From contig NC_134030.1 of assembly GCF_964204645.1 (NCBI RefSeq), positions 8,227,122 to 8,291,121 on the forward strand: DNA of 64,000 nt. The letters are read 5' to 3'. The notes below the pieces were generated by a model. That model searched no databases. It was not told the DNA's origin and saw only the letters and a program-made list of their open reading frames with translations. Each line of letters begins with the position of its first letter. Positions within the stretch are counted from its first letter, which is position 1. Both the position numbers and the translations under genes were made by a program. Source of the stretch: Tubulanus polymorphus. Its lineage: Eukaryota; Animalia; Nemertea. Shown here piece by piece: positions 30,867-43,842 of the stretch.

Positions 30867-33800
30867 CGTCGCTCCGATATTCAATTCATTTTCGGTCAAA
30901 GCTAAGCAATTCGTACGAACGAAAACAACGCATTACTTAAAATACGACTCGGTTTTCTCTAAAAATACACCTATCAGTTCATGTATGTCCGCACTAACAG
31001 GTTTGCGAATAACCTTTCACCAAACACTGGCCACTTGATCATAACTACCGGGAGTACTTCACGCTGTGGTTACGTCTCTTGAGAAGAGATCTTTTTATTC
31101 GCTAATTGAATCAATTCACCCCCCAAAGATGTTCTCGGCGTATTTGTAAACAGACTCCTCCGCTAATTTCGAGTGAAATCCCAATTACGGATTAAATTGA
31201 TTTCCCAGTTTGAAGCTAATACGTCTCAGCACCCTTTAAACTCATTCACAAATAACTGGCGAGATACCAGTTATCATCAAGTTAGTGACCCTTATAAATA
31301 TAAGCGCTTAATATAGTAAAAGATTAAAAACTTTGTCACGCCACCAGGTGATAAAGTTGTGAGTGTAAACAGTTCATTGATCTCATAGTCAGAAATATGA
31401 CCTATTGAGATAGCTCATTCTTACCCGCCAATCAAAACTGAACTGATAAGCAACGCACTTTGGGTACTAAGAGGGAAACACACTTGGCCGTCTAACGGCA
31501 AGAAGCAAATAGGAGTGTAGAAGAAATGAATGAAGAACTGCGTAACCTAATCTGTAATACGCCATACTGAACCAAAAAACCCATTCACATCTAGATCTAA
31601 CGCATACTTGAGTTCATTCATGGACTTTTACTTCTTTTTTTTGTAACCGCAACACGCCCCCTCTAACATTCAACATTGGTAGATGATCTCTTAATGAGAG
31701 TGTTGATAAGTCCTTTCAGTTGTTCATTCGCAGGTTCAGTTATATTTATCGCCACAGGTCTCATTTGACATGTTCAGTTTAACGAGTGGACTGGAAGAAA
31801 TGGTCCGAATATTGAATAGGCATTGGGGCCAACCTTGTTTTTTAAAATACATTAAAATGCATGTGGACGAGTCTGATTTTAAAGAATTCTATGGGTTAGG
31901 TAGGGCCACCAGAAGGTGCTTTGTGGAGACCCAACATATACTCTTTTTCCCTGATGTCTGACCAATAGAAAAATGAAGGATACATCGCTGCAGGTTAACT
32001 CCCGATGATAAATCAATTGGAAGAATGGTAATTAAGTGTGGTATAATGGAACAGGGCTTTGAAACGATGCTGAACCCGCATGGAATCATTTTTTCATATA
32101 TCCGTAACGTCATTTCAAATGAAAAAAGAACGCAAATCAAAACTTGCGCAAAAATAGCGGGAATAAAGATTGATGTCACGATGATGAGAAATGACTGCAG
32201 TCTGACGCAGTTACAGGTCACCGTGATCGATAATCTGCCGTCGCAATGATTTCTTCTTATTGGCGCGATGCCAGCCAGCTCTCTAAAATCAATCGATTTC
32301 GTACTTGCGCGGCAATATCAATCTTGATGCACCCATCGTTGAATGGCAAGATGGCGATGCTGTCACAGAAACAATTATTCTCAATCGGAATAAACTTAGG
32401 ACCTAATTGTGTCTCAGGTGAACTTTTCTTGGCATACAAGAAGGTATGTCGTCGTCGCCTTACAATACAGATCACAAGCGTTTTCATTATTGTGGCGAAA
32501 TATTAATTTCCTTTCAAACGTTTGAAACGATTCCCGCAGACGTGGAATTCCTTAACGATACAATAGAAAATTGGCTTCTACCCAAAATACAATAACATTC
32601 CTCTAAACCCGAATGTGACCTTATGTATGTATAGCGATATTTGGCCCCCTGTAGTTTTGAAAATATAGTAAGATTATTATGAAAACTGTTAAAACGCAAC
32701 CATCAAGCTGAAGAATTTTGACAACTACGATCGAGACAGTGAGACAATAAACCAGGCAAATTCATGTTGTCAATCAATCGAATGTCAAAAATATTTATAT
32801 AATGTTTGAATGTCGAAAACTCACTGAAGGAAAAATAGATCACGTTCAATAGATTGCCAGGCGAAATAGTTTCGCCCGGCAAACTTATTTTATGATTTTC
32901 ATAATGATTATCGAAAACGAGCAATTCGCGGAGACATCTTCAACAACAACCTACCTCATTAGCTACATCATATACCAGTTTATACTGGGCCATACCACTA
33001 CAATTATTGAAGCCACACGTTATCCGAGCAATAACAAAAGTTTGAAAAGTTGATGTGAAGTGGAGACGACGACGACGTATTGAGGTACCATCATTCGAAC
33101 ATATTTTCACAGCGCGCTGCAGGGTTTCCAAGAATTGTCCCTTGCGGTAACAGGTGTCACTGTATACGGGACATTTTTACCATAGATTTATTACATTTAT
33201 ATAGTTAGCACGGCGACAAAACCATATCAGCTGTCTACAGACTACTTCCATACATAGACACGGGCCGGCGGCTGATGGAAAAACAGGCCACGCTGAAAAA
33301 CTGATATAACGACTGAACGCAACACTACTGCCAGAAGTTTGCGCAAGACAGTAACAATTATGCCGGAAATTTCTGTCTTCGAAAAAACACTGTCACGCTG
33401 TATCACTATTTAAATATGGTAAATCATAGCAAATAAAGAATATCGTAATAGAAATCATGAATATACGTAAAATGTCAAGTTATCCTAGTTTCCCATTACA
33501 GACGCAACATTATCCATTTACCAGAACGAAAATGTCAGACGGGGATAAAAAGTTTCAAAATGATAATACACGCAGCAGTGAGACCAACTGCTGCTTATTA
33601 GTATTCTTCGCACGAGGAGCAGGAAAGAAGAATATCTGTTCACATCTACGAGATGAGGGATGGGAAGGGAGAGAGTTCGGATGGATGGATGGCGGGCTCG
33701 TTTTCTTGCAAACACTGCATTACATCTAGCATAAAATATCAGCGCTCCTCCGCAGGCAAACATGCAGACATAAATACTTATTCCCCCACAGACATGTTAC

Positions 33801-35280
33801 TTTCTAAGTTCACCTGACAGAGGAAACATACTTTTTTTCGGTTGCGTATGTATGTATGTATGTATGTTGGTAGGCAAATTCTGTCAAGTACATAGCAACT
33901 GGATTTGTTTTCAAAACCTCTCAGTTCAGTGGGAAAACAACGATCGATCTCACTTCTTCGCAAAGTTTAGTCGAATTCTCTTCACATTGCACTCAACGCA
34001 CTAAAGTGGCCTCAAACTTATTCTCGACTACTAACTCAAAAAAGAAAATTCAACAAAAGAGCTTTAAAAATCAGCGAAGGGATGATAGGACGTTAAATAA
34101 CTTAGCTTTCAGGACCGTTGGTTCCTGGATAATTCCATGAAATGAGCAGCACCAAAACCTTTATATGAATATGAAATTAAGACTGTTTTCAAATCTTTGT
34201 AAATGATGTCCTTATATGATCAGTTTAACAAGTGGTATCCATTTTCGTTCAATCATTTAGAGAGAGAGTTTCTATGTCACTTTATGTCAAAGAATACATG
34301 AAAGATCGAGCATCATGTGTACTTTACACGAAGATGACGCATAAGGTCATTAATAGGTCACGTCGATAAACAGTAAAATACAGTCGATCCCGCTTGTTTC
34401 ACAGTATTCTCAAGAAAAAAACAGGTACGGTACAAGTATGGTAGGAAAAAGCATGTTTTCATCCATGTGGACCAATGAAATGCTATCTAAAATCCTATTT
34501 CTTTAGGTAGCAGGTTCAAACTCGACTACATGAACTGCTGAAAGTGCAATGACATGATCATTTACAAGAAGAAATTGGTGATAAATCTTGCTCAGACCAG
34601 TTCATAAGGTGTTCTGAGCTTATCACTAAGAAAACCACACTAAGGGATTGTCATCTAAAATGGACAAATAGTAGATATCAGGAATTATCTTTGTTTGGTC
34701 AATGACCAATACGACTAGCTCAGACAGGCCTGGTGTTCTTAGCACTATAAACTAGACATAGCATTGTTAACGGCACCAATAATATTGAATCAAGAAGAAT
34801 TAAGTAAAAACGTTCTCCAATCTTCATTTTGAAAAAGAATGACCATCGAATAAAAAAGAAGGATATTAATTTCAGAAGAAAATCCTCTCTTACCCCTGGC
34901 TTTAATACAGCCACAACATAAACCATCTGCAATGATTCAGGCATCTTGTCAACACTCAGCGATCTGATAACGTTTGAGTTTTCTTTTAGATGAAACTGTT
35001 CGATTCAAATTTAATAATAGACGTTACAGTATCCGAGTAGAGTAGCCGACTGTAAGATGTCTGCTACGACGACGACGACGACCGCTTGATCCGTTCTGAT
35101 CCAGACAAGACAAACCGCCGCGTCCTTATTGAGTTCTGAATCCATCAGTCCAGCGTACGTGCGCAGCATTTCAATCTGGGATTATTCAGCGCTCTAAGAC
35201 AGCAGCGCCAAAACACCGGTCCGCTGTCATCAGGATTTTCTTAATTTTCTACTGATTGTGTGCGATAAATTCAATACCTG

Positions 35281-35616
35281 TGTATCCTCCCTCGACAGGG
35301 ATTCGAACCTGATGGCATCGCTACACTCAACCACGACACGAACCCCTGCCACAGGAGACCCCGTGCGCAGCATTGCAGCAAGATAACTTTCGGTGCTAAT
35401 CAGATTGCTCATTGTATAATCGCCGAGGTAAATTTTACGGAAGAACTATAAATGGGAAAACCCGGGCTAAAATAAAACAGAATGTCTTATCGGCTAATAA
35501 TGACATCATCTAAGCTGCGCGTGCAGCTGCGCACGTGGTCTAGTGTGACAGGGTTTTATACCGTGGCAATCTGTATGTCATCAGGTTCGAATCCTTGCAG
35601 GGGAGGATGATACCTG
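35281..35616. mobile_element. Head-to-head pair of tRNA-derived SINE heads (35281-35370 minus; 35526-35616 plus)
   Basis: A-box-like GTGGTCTAGTGTG and B-box CAGGTTCGAATCC followed by GGGAGGAT in both copies; a third copy lies at ~19645-19730. Confidence 0.6.
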
Positions 35617-35829
35617 TGGGATATAGCCACTATATAAAACATCATTTGCATGCTATTGAAAATCTCAACCACAAGACAATAAATCAGTATCCTGGACTTG
35701 GTACAGTCAAACCGTTATCGCCGGTACAGCCAAACCATTATCGCTTGAAAATTGTTCAGATTTCGTTATATCAGGGTTCGTAGTGTGTACATGACCAATC
35801 TCATTTGACGACTTTCTTGACTCCAATTC

Positions 35830-36090
35830 CAGGGCTGGTACATAATGTCACGCTTAATGCCAGGAATCCTGACAACTACCAGGCATTCATTATCTAATCA
35901 GTGGATTAGTAACAGTGAACTTGTATCTTGTATCTGCAGATGAGAACTAGTGCCTTATGCCGTTCAAGGACCAATGACAATGATTTAAGGAGCCTGATTC
36001 CATGATGCTCAAGGCCTTGAATTGACCGATTCCCATTTATGGATTCGAAAACTTTTTTGAGAACCTCGACAACGGCTATGAACCCTAGAG
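35830..36090 (+). repeat. Dispersed repeat with an inverted second copy at ~53633-53910
   Basis: TTCAAGGACCAATGACAATGATTTA and GCTCAAGGCCTTGAATT are found reverse-complemented at 53685-53750. Confidence 0.65.
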
Positions 36091-39000
36091 TACCATATAG
36101 CCACTATAAAACATTGCTTGCACGTAATTGAAAATGTCAACCAGCACAAGACAAAAAAGCAGTACACATGTACATTCACACTATTGTCGCTTGAAAATTG
36201 TTCTTTTTTTTCTTAACAGGTTTTTTCCTATCCATGTTTATAGTGAACTGAATTTCATCGTCCAGGACTATCGTCGCACAGATTCATTTCATGTTTTTAA
36301 GATCAAGAAAAGCAGGTTGTTAAAGGCGCCACGTACAAAATTCTATTACTTATTTACCGAAACACGCCACGAAACTAATTTTCAACACCATTTTTCTTTC
36401 ATCTTCTGTTTCTTCCTTTTCAAATCGAGACATTGCCGTTTCCTAATTTCAATTTAGAATGGATTTCATTTTCGCGAACTGCAAGCTGTTTGTCGAATTG
36501 CAAACGACTTTCGAAAATGAATTTGAAATATGAGATATGTAATATGCGCCACCTGTGTTCAATGGGATGACATTTAGATTTATCTGCGAACATACAGGCC
36601 ACCACTCCTTTCAACACCCACAGCACGGTATTTAAAAATAGAGCCATTAAGATTCCTAGATTTAGGGATATTATTTTCTCGCGAGCATCCGGCAAGTTTA
36701 TCGCAAATCCAACCAATAAATAAATCAATACATCAAACCAGTCACCGCGCACTGTCAAAGCCCTGCTACTCCGGTTGACCCGAGCACAATCACCAATAGC
36801 CAGCGCCAGTCCAATCAAGTCACAGATGGTGACAAGATCAGCCACACGGAGCTGTAGTCGACTTACGCACTTCTGCTATTCTACGATTGTTTGAAATTAC
36901 AGGGTTCAAGTCGTGCGCGGGTTGTTTTTCTATGCAGATTTCCTCTCATATCATTGCGTTCAAATGGGCTTTATTTTTAAAAAATTACATGAAGCTAACA
37001 AAACTTGACAATTTTGATCAGTTTCATAGGCTAAATTTCTAGGAAAGAACACCGATATAGTTGCAAAGAGCTGCAGGGTTCTCAATTATTTTTCTATTCA
37101 TTTATTGAGCTTTTCTGTATCAGGGGCCAGTCGCTCAAAAGTTGGTTAAAGATAACCAGCGGATGAATACCATAGTATTGTAATCATATATCATAATAAA
37201 GTTACCGTACTTGTTTTCCTCTTAAACTTTTTACACTTTGTGTGCTTCAGTCCGCAAGGAATCTAGATACAGTAAAGAGTCTTTTAAGTGGAATTGAAGC
37301 ATCGTAGGCCAACCTGAGCCCGGCCTAAGAAAGTAGATTTCCTTAAAATTTTCACTCTATCTTCAACAAGGTCTATAGTCGACTCAGTGAAAGATTGTTC
37401 CTCCAAGAAACCGTAATTGGAAATCAATGCAATCTAGTTTATTAACTACCATATAATATTGAGGTCACAGGCTAATCATGAATCGGTATTCATGAATACC
37501 TGGCGCGTAGTCGTAGTAATCGTGAGTAATAATTTTTCCAGGAAAAATTCGATCGAATACGTAATAACATAGCTAGTCACTGAGCACCACTCAAATCACA
37601 CTCCGATTCACCTCGTAGAATCAAAGTCTGAGAAACACGTCCTAATAAACATAAAACTTCTTTTTTCCTAGATGTCCTAGATTTCGCCGGTAATTTGTTG
37701 ACAGTCGTTACTGTTGGCTAGCGAGGTTTGTTTATTGAATGATCGCTACCACCTTGAACAAGAGAGTAGCTAAGGCTAAAATGACTTTTTTAAGGTTCAT
37801 TAAGTAGTAACATGTAGTAAGGCCGAGACCAAAGGAAGCTCTATATGATAGCCTGGTAATAGTAAGCACTTTTGAAAGGCAAAAGTGAGAGACAGTGTTC
37901 TTTCGTCTTCTTAATTCAATAAATCGTAGATCTTCAAACTTACAATGTTAAACACTGGACTAGCTAATTTGGGATATCAAAAGTCTTTAAGTAAATACTT
38001 TGATGGCACTTTTTTGAAAATTTTGTAAACAGTGAGCACTTTATAAGGGCCCTACTTTTACTAAAAGCGCTTTGGAAATTCGCTATGAACATGACTCCCG
38101 CTCTTAGAAACAACCAACAGCGTTGACAAGAACGTGACATATCAAGTAGGCCCATAAATAGGATAGGTTACAGTCCCTTTCAGAGTTTGATAAATCAATA
38201 TATATCAATGATAATAATCTAGTAAAAACGTAAATATTCAGAAATCTGATGACAATGATCAGCGGCATAGATCATAATACAGCCTGCTCCACTCGCTCTC
38301 ATCGACATCAGCGATGACTGGCATTGATGAGAGCCTGGCAATACCCGAGAGGCTGTGTATATAGAAACATCTAAAGATGATTGTTGTGACCCTGGAGAAG
38401 CGTTATGGATGACTTACACGTCCGATATACTATATTTTCTAGTAATGAATAACTTCCTGCATCCGTATCACCATAATATTACACGTATTTGGCAGTACGC
38501 CAATAAAAATCGATTCTCCACCACGCTCAGCAGACTTTGCTCACTCGCTAGAGTAGCGTGGTCTACATTTCAAACCGATAAACTCAGTTTACTACGAGGA
38601 AATACTTACATTAACCATAATGTACGTAATTTCCTTCTTATCGTCCGGCTTATGTGTCATCGTGAAATTGATAAAACGTCGATTAAACAGTATATTTCAC
38701 CGAATTTAGTAACGCATTTTTAATAGTCAACACGACTGCAGTGTAACGTAGAACTCGTATGCTATAGCGCCATCTATCCCCATGTAGTGCTCTGCAATTG
38801 AAAGCGTGAACGAATTAATTGTATCTTATCTGTTATTTCAAATCTAACAATTTTCAATTTCATAAAGTGCGTTTCCTATGCGTTTTTCAATGTGTGTTAT
38901 TCCCCTCACTTTGGAATGTCTTGTGCACATTCGTATTGAAACTAACAATACAGTTTGAATTTATTTGACACATTCCCGCCACGAATTTTTCTTATGAATG

Positions 39001-39223
39001 GAATCACCGCGTGACGTCATTTACTACTACACGTCGCCCAGTTTTTCACACGGCACGAAAATACATATAAGACTAATCATTTTGATAAAATAAATACTAA
39101 AATATAAAAGTTAGGCTATATTACACGTAATATACTTATTGATTAATTGGTCGTACTTATTTGATGCAAGTAAAAAATATGTATTTATTACTTATACTAA
39201 TGGCAATGCCATCCTAACATCTA

Positions 39224-39305
39224 GTTGTCGTGGCCGAGTGGTTAAGGCGATGGACTAGAAATCCATTGGGATCTTCCCGCGCAGGTTCGAATCCTGCCGA
39301 CAACG
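39224..39305 (+). tRNA. trnS-AGA: tRNA-Ser (anticodon AGA)
   Basis: 82 nt. Acceptor stem GTTGTCG/CGACAAC, A-box TGGCCGAGTGG, anticodon arm ATGGA-CTAGAAA-TCCAT, long variable arm, T-arm GCAGG-TTCGAAT-CCTGC, discriminator G, and a T-run Pol III terminator just downstream. Confidence 0.97.
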
Positions 39306-39619
39306 GAAATTTTTCGTATAATAGTCTATTCTTTTAATTTAGTTATGGATTCTCCCTGCATCATTGGGGGTTGGGCCCTTTTTACAAAGGCTACAGCGTA
39401 TTAAATCACTCTCAATTTGTGAAACTTCTCTGAACTAGCGGGGGTGACGCATATTTTGGATTTGGGAAATTTGATAGGTTCCACATAGCTTTTCATAACT
39501 CTCACCTAGGCCTGGATACATTGATGAAAATTTAGTTATCACTGACACCAATAGGCCTAGATAAATTATGTTCATTTTGATAAAATGTAATGTACAAACA
39601 CTATTATCAGTAGTAATGT

Positions 39620-40152
39620 ATAAAATAATAAATTGCCATAGTACCTTGCGATAATTGTTACCATGATATTCATCGCGTCGTTGGCTTTCTTTTTTGCTTT
39701 CACAGCGGAGGCTTCCAAAATCTCAAAAAATGTGAGTAAATAACGCTTAATTAAACTTGTATACTTATTTTGTTTTTGACATCTGCGAATTTCACGACGT
39801 TGCCACTGGCACAGTTTTCAGATTTGAGTCAAAATTTTGAAGGAACGATAACCATCGAAGATGTGAGTAGAAATCAATATTTTCACATAAAATAATAAAT
39901 TGCCATAGTACCTTGCGATAATTGTTACCATGATATTCATCGCGTCGTTGGCTTTCTTTTTTGCTTTCACAGCGGAGGCTTCCAAAATCTCAAAAAATGT
40001 GAGTAAATAACGCTTAATTAAACTTGTATACTTATTTTGTTTTTGACATCTGCGAATTTCACGACGTTGCCACTGGCACAGTTTTCAGATTTGAGTCAAA
40101 ATTTTGAAGGAACGATAACCATCGAAGATGTGAGTAGAAATCAATATTTTCA
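39620..40152 (+). repeat. 267-bp direct tandem duplication covering exons 1-2 of the EPDR-like gene
   Basis: 39620-39885 and 39887-40152 read as identical; ATGs at 39663 and 39930. Confidence 0.95.
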
Positions 40153-40995
40153 ATTTTTTTTAAATAGAATAATTCCAAACAAAAACTAATGATGATCATT
40201 CCTTGTTCAAGCAATAAACGTTCTTCTTCACTTAACACAAATCTCATTAGCAAGGTAATTTTATAGACCATTTACTATGGGGGAGCGAACTACGGCAAAG
40301 CTAAAATAGAATACGATGGTGCAACAAAACGTTCCAAAATATCCGATATCAATCTTGAAAATTCGGTAGGCGTTAATTACAGACCAGCGCAAATAAATGA
40401 TTTTAACGAGGTTAGTAGAGAGTTAAATGTAGAATATAGTAATGAAATCGAGCCAACACTCAAATTACTGGAATTCGTTTTTTTAACTATAGGATGTCGC
40501 TTATACATTGGGTGACGGTGACGATACTTGTAAAAGGGATACTGATTTATTGCCGTGGTACAGTGATCTGAATAAACCATCGTCAGCCGGGCCATGTTCA
40601 ACATCCGTTGATGGTAGCGAATGTTCTTTCGAATGGAAGAACGGAAAATGTAAAGCTTCGGGGAAACGGCGCTTCGTTTTTTTCCTTCTGATCGGGCAAA
40701 GCATATAATAGTTTTAATTTCTTTCCTCATGCAGATGAGTACAGACTGACGATGGATACATCTACGGGTCTACCGATCGCTTCCGAAATAACGACGACGC
40801 AAGGCCAAGCATTCAATCTCTTCCAAAGAAATATCAGGTTTTGAGCGCTACATATTTTTCTTATCAAATATATACGCCATGTACTTGAATATACCCAAAA
40901 CTGGGTGCTCTCTTCTTTCCAGATACCGCGTTGATAAAACTGGTAGCGATAGGATGTTGCAAATACCGTCTACTTGTGCCACGATCGATAATTAG
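39663..40995 (+). CDS. Secreted ependymin-related (EPDR/LolA-fold-like) protein, ~197 aa, 6 exons
   Basis: Exons 39663-39731, 39815-39862 (duplicates at 39930-39998 and 40082-40129), 40267-40410, 40493-40649, 40735-40837, 40923-40995. GT-AG introns, mostly 82-85 nt, with consistent phases. Signal peptide MIFIASLAFFFAFTAEA; TATAAAA at 39619; AATAAA immediately after the stop. Motifs KIEYDGATKRS, TCKR, LPW and C-terminal QIPSTC resemble EPDRs. The exon 1/2 junction has two possible splice solutions. Confidence 0.8.
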
Positions 40996-42038
40996 AAATA
41001 AATAAATGTCTGAAAAAATCTACTACCGTATAGGTTTTCTTATGATCTTTTCATTTGGGTCGTGTTATGTTCTACGTCCATTCTCCGTAGTTCTTGGGTC
41101 CACATTAGTAAGGCCAAAGCAAAAGTGGGTATAAAAGTGACAATTGCGGCCCTTGCCAATCATCCAAGTCCCAAATAATAATATTGGCATAACACATAAT
41201 TGCCCAAAAAACCAATCTGGGATACCAAGTCAAATTTAAGTTTGAACACTTTTTAGTATTTTCTTGTGAAAAAAGTAGGCAGTTTTTTTAAGGGCCTTCA
41301 TCATCTTTCTTAAGAAGGAAGCACTTACGAAACTCACCTATGAAGCTAGTTATAATTTACCCGATGGTTTGGATTGAATGCGACATCGCTGACGAGACCT
41401 CAAATGAAGGAGGGAAGGCACTGGAGCATTCGTAGCAGTTATTTTCTACTTTGAGGATATATCACTACTTACAAATACAGTCAAGGAAGTAACACATCAT
41501 TTGTTTATGATATCATCTATTCATCAATGGATATCTATGGTCACACAAATTTTGAATGACGTACAATTATTCACTTCCAACATTTTTTAAGCATTCACTT
41601 TTTGACAACAGATTCTCTGTGAGACCTCTTTCCTTTTGCCTAGACACAGTACGCAGAAAAACATCTGTACGCCTAACACTCACTGTACATGTACTGAGCA
41701 TGTGACTGGCATCACCCCAGCAATAAATAGCGTAAACAAAATGCAGTCAAGGCTATTGCTAAAAAATATACACCAGTGGAAAAACTGATAACTTGACATT
41801 TTAGTATTCATTTTGGCACTGAGATTCTACTAAGTCTATTCGAATATAGCCGAAAATGATTTACTGTTATGAATTCCGGTCACAGCAAATAAGACATTAG
41901 AGAGCGCAGACTAATGGTTCCAACTGTCTTTGCTCCAAAAGTGTCCCAATCAGGCTTTTTCAACCAGTTTTCAAAATCAATCTAACCCTATTCGCATAAT
42001 TGCAATTGTACAGCTGTCAAATAAGTCTTAGTACATCA

Positions 42039-42258
42039 CAGGTCTGCCAACCTCTGAAAATCGCTTTCAGTAACAAAGTGACTTATTTTCAGTAACATTT
42101 CATCGAATATGAAAAAGTCTTCAAATTAATCAGTAATTAACAGTAAGACCTTGGGTAAAATCTTTCATATTTTTGTACACATCAAACAAATCAGTATGAG
42201 TATTTCCCGTTATGATATAGTAACAAATACTGAAAGTCAGGAATAGTTGGCAGCTCTG
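42039..42258. mobile_element. MITE family A, copy 2
   Basis: TIR CAGGTCTGCCAAC / GTTGGCAGCTCTG; shares ATCAAACAAATCAGTAT...TAGTAACA with 418-625. Confidence 0.7.
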
Positions 42259-43842
42259 TCTGGGTTAAAATGAGTAGCTTATTGATGTTATTTGAAAGAC
42301 CCACTGGCTGCTGGCCTTGTTACATTAAGTGATGGTTTCATCATAGCTGGGTTTGTGAGAAAGTTGAGACATGACCAGCCTTTATCATGCAACCAGGTCT
42401 ATATACTCGTATACATGGATACATTCACTCATGAAATAAGCTCCTACTGATTGTTACGTTTTTCAGCTATCAACTTGATTTTTTCAACACAAAAAAATTT
42501 AAACATATCTTTACTAACATTACAAAATGGTTACATAGAACAATTCCATACTTAACACAGTAGAGAAACTATCTTTTTTTACAAAACAATTACACGGATG
42601 GAAGGTAAAACTTATTCTACTTTCATATTACATACCGGTTAATACTTAAAAATGCGTATACTACGAAGGGGTTAAATATATACATATTCAATGGACGGTC
42701 CCCATCACAGCTTCTCAAGTAAATCTAAGAAATGGACTTTAATGTGAACATGTACAACAAGATTCTGCTGAAAAGTTGGATCTGAATTCAGCGATATCCA
42801 AGTCCAACTTGGATGATATACACAACACATTTCGAATATTCTCATGCCCTTATAAGTTCTTTCATAAATTTCCTTTTATACCAAGGAGTGTTTCTTTTCT
42901 AGAGTATTCACAAATGCAATTGATTTTCAAATGGCTTTCCACGCTACAGCTGAACCAATGACCCGCTCCGAACCGGTTCTAGTGGTTAAATAGTTGCGTT
43001 ACATAAACATTTTATATAAATTCTATTACAGGTTTTGGCACAATTTCAAAACATTTTCGCACGAACATTCCCGATCAATATAGCAGAGGAAAAGCGATAT
43101 TCTACAACACCAAATTCATTCTACATCCAATCTACATACATTCAAACTGACGTTACGAAATCATCCTTCAAGATTAATAAATAACTAACGCTACTTAAAA
43201 CTAAATAATCAACAGTTCACATGGATCAGTTTTCGAAAACCAGACAACAATAAACCCAAGGTTATTGAAATGGCCAGACGTGGCTATTTCTATAATTCAC
43301 TTGTAAAGGTGCAACTGTATGTGTGCCACCTTGCTAAATGAAATTGACCACAGGCCAAAATCGACAGCACATGTACCGGTGAATTTATCCTGGTTCCATA
43401 AATCAGCGCTTAGATCTAAGGCCCTCATTCAGGCCAATTTTACAATTTAACACCAGTCTAAGAATTTAAGATGATCACAAAGTCCTGACTTTGCAACTGG
43501 GCCCAGAAACCCATTCTGCAATTGTGGGTTGTCCAATTTTCTACTAAAAAAATCATCAAAAGTGTAAGTAACACTTTAAACCAGATCCTAATTCAATTAT
43601 TCAGTTCGGTGTTACAAATTTGACTCGTTTACAAATCTTTTTATCCTCAATCATAATAACTGTGGAACTAGGAGCTAATCATTATACATGACCACTGGAA
43701 CAACATTTTAAGTCGAACATTGAAAGTTTTACAGCGGAGACAATTCGAAAACGAAACAGCTTCGACTATCATTAGTCAGTTGGACTTGGTGCTGTTCATG
43801 TCGCCTTTCACTCTTCCGATCAATCTCCAAATATCAGCGTAT

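Noticed and set aside
40267-40365. Shorter EPDR exon 3 ending at TCG|GTAGGC
   Set aside because: The frame stays open to a better GAG|GTTAGT donor at 40411, which gives an 82-nt intron like its neighbours and a more EPDR-like sequence.
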